Of a stretch of 64,000 nucleotides of DNA, positions 59,179-64,000 are shown in pieces. The DNA is from Elsinoe ampelina (lineage: Eukaryota). The DNA lies in assembly GCA_010093995.1 (NCBI GenBank), contig ML992509.1, positions 1,077,850-1,141,849 of the forward strand. The letters are read 5' to 3'. Below the pieces are notes generated by a model, which saw nothing but the letters and a program-made list of their open reading frames with translations, ran no database searches and was not told the origin of the DNA. Made by a program: the position numbers and the translations under genes. Within the stretch, counting starts at the first letter, position 1; each line of letters begins with the position of its first letter.

Positions 59179-62100
59179 ATTTCCTACAATTCCCAAGCCG
59201 GCTAAAGGCCGGCTTATGAAGGCCAGGTCAAAATATCTCGCTACCAATCAGAAACTACCAAAATTCAGTGCGCATATGTTGAATATCGCTTCCTACAAAC
59301 AAATAAAAGAAACAGAAAATGAGTAAGTACTTCGATAGACTAGGTAACCCCTGTATACCTCCGTGACTACGCCTGTTAGAGGGCGTCTCTAACCCCTATC
59401 GCTGTTGCTGTTACCCCCTAGTTCTGCCTAACTTACCCCCCTCCCCCTTTTGCTCTACTCCCTTCTCTCCTCTATCTCTATACTACCTCCCTAAGGTCCT
59501 TTAGGTACCTAGTAGCTCTAAGCTCCTTAAACGGCATGTCGGGGAGCCTTAACATCTACTTAAGCTATATATAGGACCTTTAGAGGCATTTATTCTTCTT
59601 GCCTTTCTAGTTTATTACTACCTATAACTCGTATATACTCTTATTTCCTTCCTTTATATATTTAAGTAGTTATTGTTATATGCTAATTAGGATGTCCTGT
59701 AGTTATATGCCTTTTACCTACTTCTTAGTTGCTCTCTAGTTATTGTTCTATATAATAAGCTACTTACTCTTTACTAACTTAATAGTAGTAAAGGTATAGT
59801 AGTACTATAGGTTAGAGTTCTACTATTCGTAGCTAACCTAGAAGAAGATCTAGATAGAGTAGATCCTAAGCTAGATATTATATCTACTACTATATAGCGT
59901 ATAGTAGGCCTCTTTAAGTATTGCTCTTTAGTGCTAGTTAGGAATTATATCTCTCTAGTTTGCCCTTATTATTACGTTTTTATAGCTAATAATATTAGGG
60001 TAGACCTATAGCCTATCCTGCGCCGGAGGGTTGTTTATTAAGCTTAATAGAAAGCAGTAGAGATAAGAGGCAAGTATAGAAGAGTTAGTAGGTAGAGAGG
60101 GTAGCGACTCTCTCCCTAGAGTAGTAGCGAGGTGTCTAGTAGCCTCCCTTTCTCTCTCCTAGTTTTATAGAATGCCTGTAGTAAACTGCTATACCTATTC
60201 CTAGTAACTAAGCTTAATAGAGAGTATAAGCCTTAACCTCTTTACTACTACCTAGAGGGGTCCCTCTACTAGGTCTAATATCTCTACTTACCTATAGTTA
60301 ATTTAGCTAGAGTTACCTAGGATACCTACTTTATAAGTTACTTAAGCGCCTATATGTTTCTTTAGTTTACTAGAACTAGGTTTTAGCCGAGGGGTAGCTA
60401 CTAAAATAGCTAGTAATAGAGGGCTACTCCGCGCTTCTAAGGGTATTACTCTTCGATTTACTAGAGTAAACTCCCTACTCTAGCTTGCCTTCTATATTAG
60501 GCGTCTATAGAAGTTCGAGATAGCGCTACTAATCGATTTATATACTATTTGCTTTGTCCTAGCTATCCTTAGTGCTAGAGTTAGAGTTATCTCTTCTACT
60601 AGGCTAGAACTACCTTCTATAGTCTTAGGGATTAGAGGCGTTAATTTCTAAGTGTCTAAACGTATAGAAGAGTATATATTTATCTATGTATTAGTCTATA
60701 ATAATTTAGTTTCGATATGTAAGGAGAAAGAGAGTAGGTTAGTTAAGGAAGTTATTAGGGCTTAATCCCTAGCGCCGAGAGATAAGATAATCTCTTAGTA
60801 CTAGGGCGCGAGACTTATATTCTATATGTATAGTCTATACTAGCGAGGTATTACCTCTTAGCGCTACTATCTTACTATTTACGTATAGTAATCTAAACTA
60901 GCTAGTAGTAAATCTCTATATACTAATAGAAAAGTATACTAACGCTAAGGCCTAATATAATACTACTTTAGTAATTTATATCTAATATTATATTACTTAG
61001 TACATATCGTATAGAGCTTATATTTATGTTATTATATCGCTATCTATTCTTAGAGCGCTATAGCTATAACTATATTAACGTCCTTAAATTACCTAAGGCG
61101 GCGTGTCGTAATTAAGAAGTTTACTATTCTATATATGCTTTATAGGATAGTAAGGAGGTTTTTTATATCGATAGAGTTTAGCCCTTGCTAAAGGTATTAC
61201 TACTAGAGGTCCTCGAACTCTAGGCATTTAGTAAGAAGGTGTCTTATAGTGTCGTTTACTTCTCTATAATATAGGTATATTAGGGTCTCTTCGAGTTATA
61301 GTGTCTATAGGAAATGTCGAAGTTCTATCTTCTCTATACGTGCCTAAATAAGCACTAATAACTCGGCCTTTCGTAATCCCCTATAAAGCTTTAGTATATC
61401 TACTATTAGCGTCCCTGTCTATTTTCTAGTTAGTGCTCTAGCGGCTCCTTTAGCCTATTCTCCTCTCTACGTGTCCTTAATAAGCTAGACAATTGTGTAT
61501 TTAATGCTAATAACGCCGCTATAGAAGCGTACTAAGATAGAATTAGAGGTAAAGGCATCCCGCGATTAAATCGGAAGTATTATTACTTGTTTTACTAACT
61601 TGTCTACCTTCTCGTTACTATCGATGCCGATATAGGCTAGGATCTAGTATAGACTAACCCGCCGTCCTTAGCTATAGATCTTGTCGATAAGTTTAATAAT
61701 TATCTAAAGGATCTACTAGGACGGCCTAGGTTATAGGTCCTATACCTACTTAAGAGCGCTTTAATTATTAGTAAAGATATAGTATATATTAGCTATATAT
61801 TCGAGGAGGTACTTTCTAATGTCCTCTAGCGCTATTATAATAGCGGCTAGTTCCCCTCTATACACCGTAGCGCGGAGTATAGACTCTAGGCCCTACTTAA
61901 GGTACTTAACTTATATTTAGTAGCGAATAACTACTATAGCGCTAACTCTTCTATCCTTTTCTAAGCCGTTAGTATATACTACTATAGCTTCCTCGGTAAG
62001 TGCCTATTACGTTAGCTAGTTATAGTACTCTATAGCTTATTCCTTGCTATCCTCGATTATTACGACAGGTGCGTCCTACTATAGTAGTACTACGAAGAGT

Positions 62101-62287
62101 AGGGGCGTCTTAATAGAGAGTATAATATGCTTATTAATACCTGTGTTATATTACTACACTATAATTATGCCTTTCTACTAACATTCTAGCTGTTAAAGGG
62201 GGCTCTAGTTCCTATATCTACGTGTTTATATAGGTCTTTTACTCTACGCAAGTTAAATTACTAGGTATTTATCTAGCTAGAGAAACG
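59155..62287 (-). mobile_element. RIP-degraded non-LTR retrotransposon (Tad/I-like LINE), 3' part
   Basis: Minus-strand RNase H remnants VYTNGLEK (YTDGS), TVYRGELAAIIIAL, IFTNN*SAL, Y*ILAYIGIDSNEKVDKL (WIPAH..GNE.AD) at ~61590-61990; (AATC)n tail at 59155-59178; strong TpA excess and CpA/TpG depletion. Confidence 0.8.
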
Positions 62288-64000
62288 TGTTACGAACTAG
62301 TAGGACAGCTAGAACGCGGGGACGTTAGGACTAATTAAGCTACCGAGATTATTACGTGACCTAGCCCGACGTTTACCTAGTTCTCTATCTTCTCTAGTAG
62401 CTCTACCCTAGGGACTATAGAGCACGTAGGTTACCGGCGGACATATACTCTATATTGCCTCCGACTCTCGCTATAGAGCATATAGAGTACATAGAGTACG
62501 TAGTAAAGAACATATATATATAGGAGTAGTCCTTACCTTATGTAAGTACTATAGTTAACCTTGTCTAGATAGCGAACACTAGTATTACTAAGGCTAGCCT
62601 TTATAATACTATCTAATTATACTTTATTATCTATAAGACATACCTTCTCCAACTCTTACCTTAGTACTATACTACTATAGAAGTAGAACTACCTCGTTCT
62701 TAGCTTAGCTTAGACTACTAGCGTAAGCTATATTTAGACGGTTTATAACATTTTAACTACTCTTACTATAGCATAGCACGCTACGAGGTTAATAAGTAAC
62801 TCTTGCTCTAAGTTATTATTAGTATCTTTAATCGCTAGTAAGCTAGGAAAGCTTACTATTAACGACATGTCTACTACTAGTTTAACCTCGGGCAAATATA
62901 GAAGGTCTTTTAGTATAGAAGGACAAAGCAAGCCTAAGTTAGAGGTAGAACTCTTCTATAGGGACTATACCTACTTAAGGCGCTTTCTTATTTAACTTAA
63001 AGCCTTCTTCGCCCTAGAGGGGGACAAGTACGTAAACGACGTAGCAAAGGTCCTCTATACCGAGATACACCTTAAAGGCGCTACCTTCGGGTGGTTCGAG
63101 CCTTATATAAGTAGCTACCTAGATAGATAACTAGGCCTAGATATAAAGGCTATCTTTAAGAGCTTTAACATCTTTTAGGCAAAGATTAAACAAGTCTTTA
63201 ACGTATCTAATAAGGAACGCGTCGCCGCGACGAAGATCTAACAATTATAATAACGTAGGTCTATAGCCTAGTACTATTCCTAGTTCTAATAACTCGTAAT
63301 GTACCTAGACTAGGACGATAGTGCTAAACACTTAGTATTCTACTAAGGACTAAGTAACTCGGTCAAAGACTAAATAATACCTAAGCTACCTAATAGCCTT
63401 TAGAAACTAGTAGACACTACAATTGCTATCGATAATAGACTTTATAAACGACATATAGAACGTCGTAGAGGATATAAGGTAAATACTAGATATATACGTT
63501 TCTCTCGAAACTATAGAGACTCTATAGAACTTAATGCTATATACGAAGGCTACCTCTTATAGATACGAGGCTATAGCCGTAGAGGAAAGTTCCTTAGTAG
63601 AAAAGAGAGAGAGAAGTATAGACGAGATAATCTATGTTTTAAGTGTAAAAGACCTAGGCATCGAGCTAGGGACTACCGACAAGGGGCGCTAGCTAATAGA
63701 TTATATATAATAGTTACTAGGCTAGTAGAAAAAAAGGCTAACACTACTATAGAAGACCTAACGACCTTTAGCGTAGGTAAGGAAACATAGAAGGAGTCTA
63801 TAATAACTCGAGAGGTAGTAGAATCCTCTCTAGATGTTATACTTAATATCTCTACGACTAATAGCAAATAATAAAGCTAACACGTAACGCTATTATAGAT
63901 AGCATATTATAATAACTCTTGTTATATTTACTTATTAGACAAGTAGGGATCTAGTTAGTTCCTATATAAGCTATCTAAGCGTAGGTAACTAACGAAATAG
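62288..64000 (+). mobile_element. RIP-degraded Ty3/gypsy LTR retrotransposon (5' LTR ~62288-62750 plus gag), truncated by the window
   Basis: LTR termini TGTTACGAAC...GTTTATAACA; gag remnants LRRFLI*LKAFF..KVLYTEIHLKGATFGWFEPY and DSIELNA (DPMELDA); zinc knuckle LCFKCKRPRHRARDY at ~63633-63680. Confidence 0.82.

Overview
Gene-dense DNA from a filamentous ascomycete (Pezizomycotina): short GT-AG introns with CTRAC branch sites, and a RIP-mutated transposon block at the right end. Bases 1-45,000 hold mostly housekeeping genes: a TPS3/TSL1-like trehalose complex subunit, Pcl cyclin, DHA2 MFS transporter, Bem46, Pre3, ER DnaJ, Yip3, RAMP4, Fmp32, 14-3-3, Erg12, SmB, Rpl11, Mcm7 and Stt4. Bases 46,100-52,900 form a three-gene nitrogen-scavenging cluster: an NCS1 permease, a Zn2Cys6 regulator and a cysteine-hydrolase/allophanate-hydrolase fusion. 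An Ina17-like gene, a cutinase and a GH3 glucosidase follow, then a RIP-degraded LINE with a Ty3/gypsy element nested in it. The two strongest leads are a candidate -1 ribosomal frameshift at T_TTT_TCC in YIP3, with a downstream pseudoknot-capable sequence that would give a ~638-aa protein, and the triuret/biuret-hydrolase-like cluster with a shared promoter motif. All gene models were read by eye and no database searches were run.
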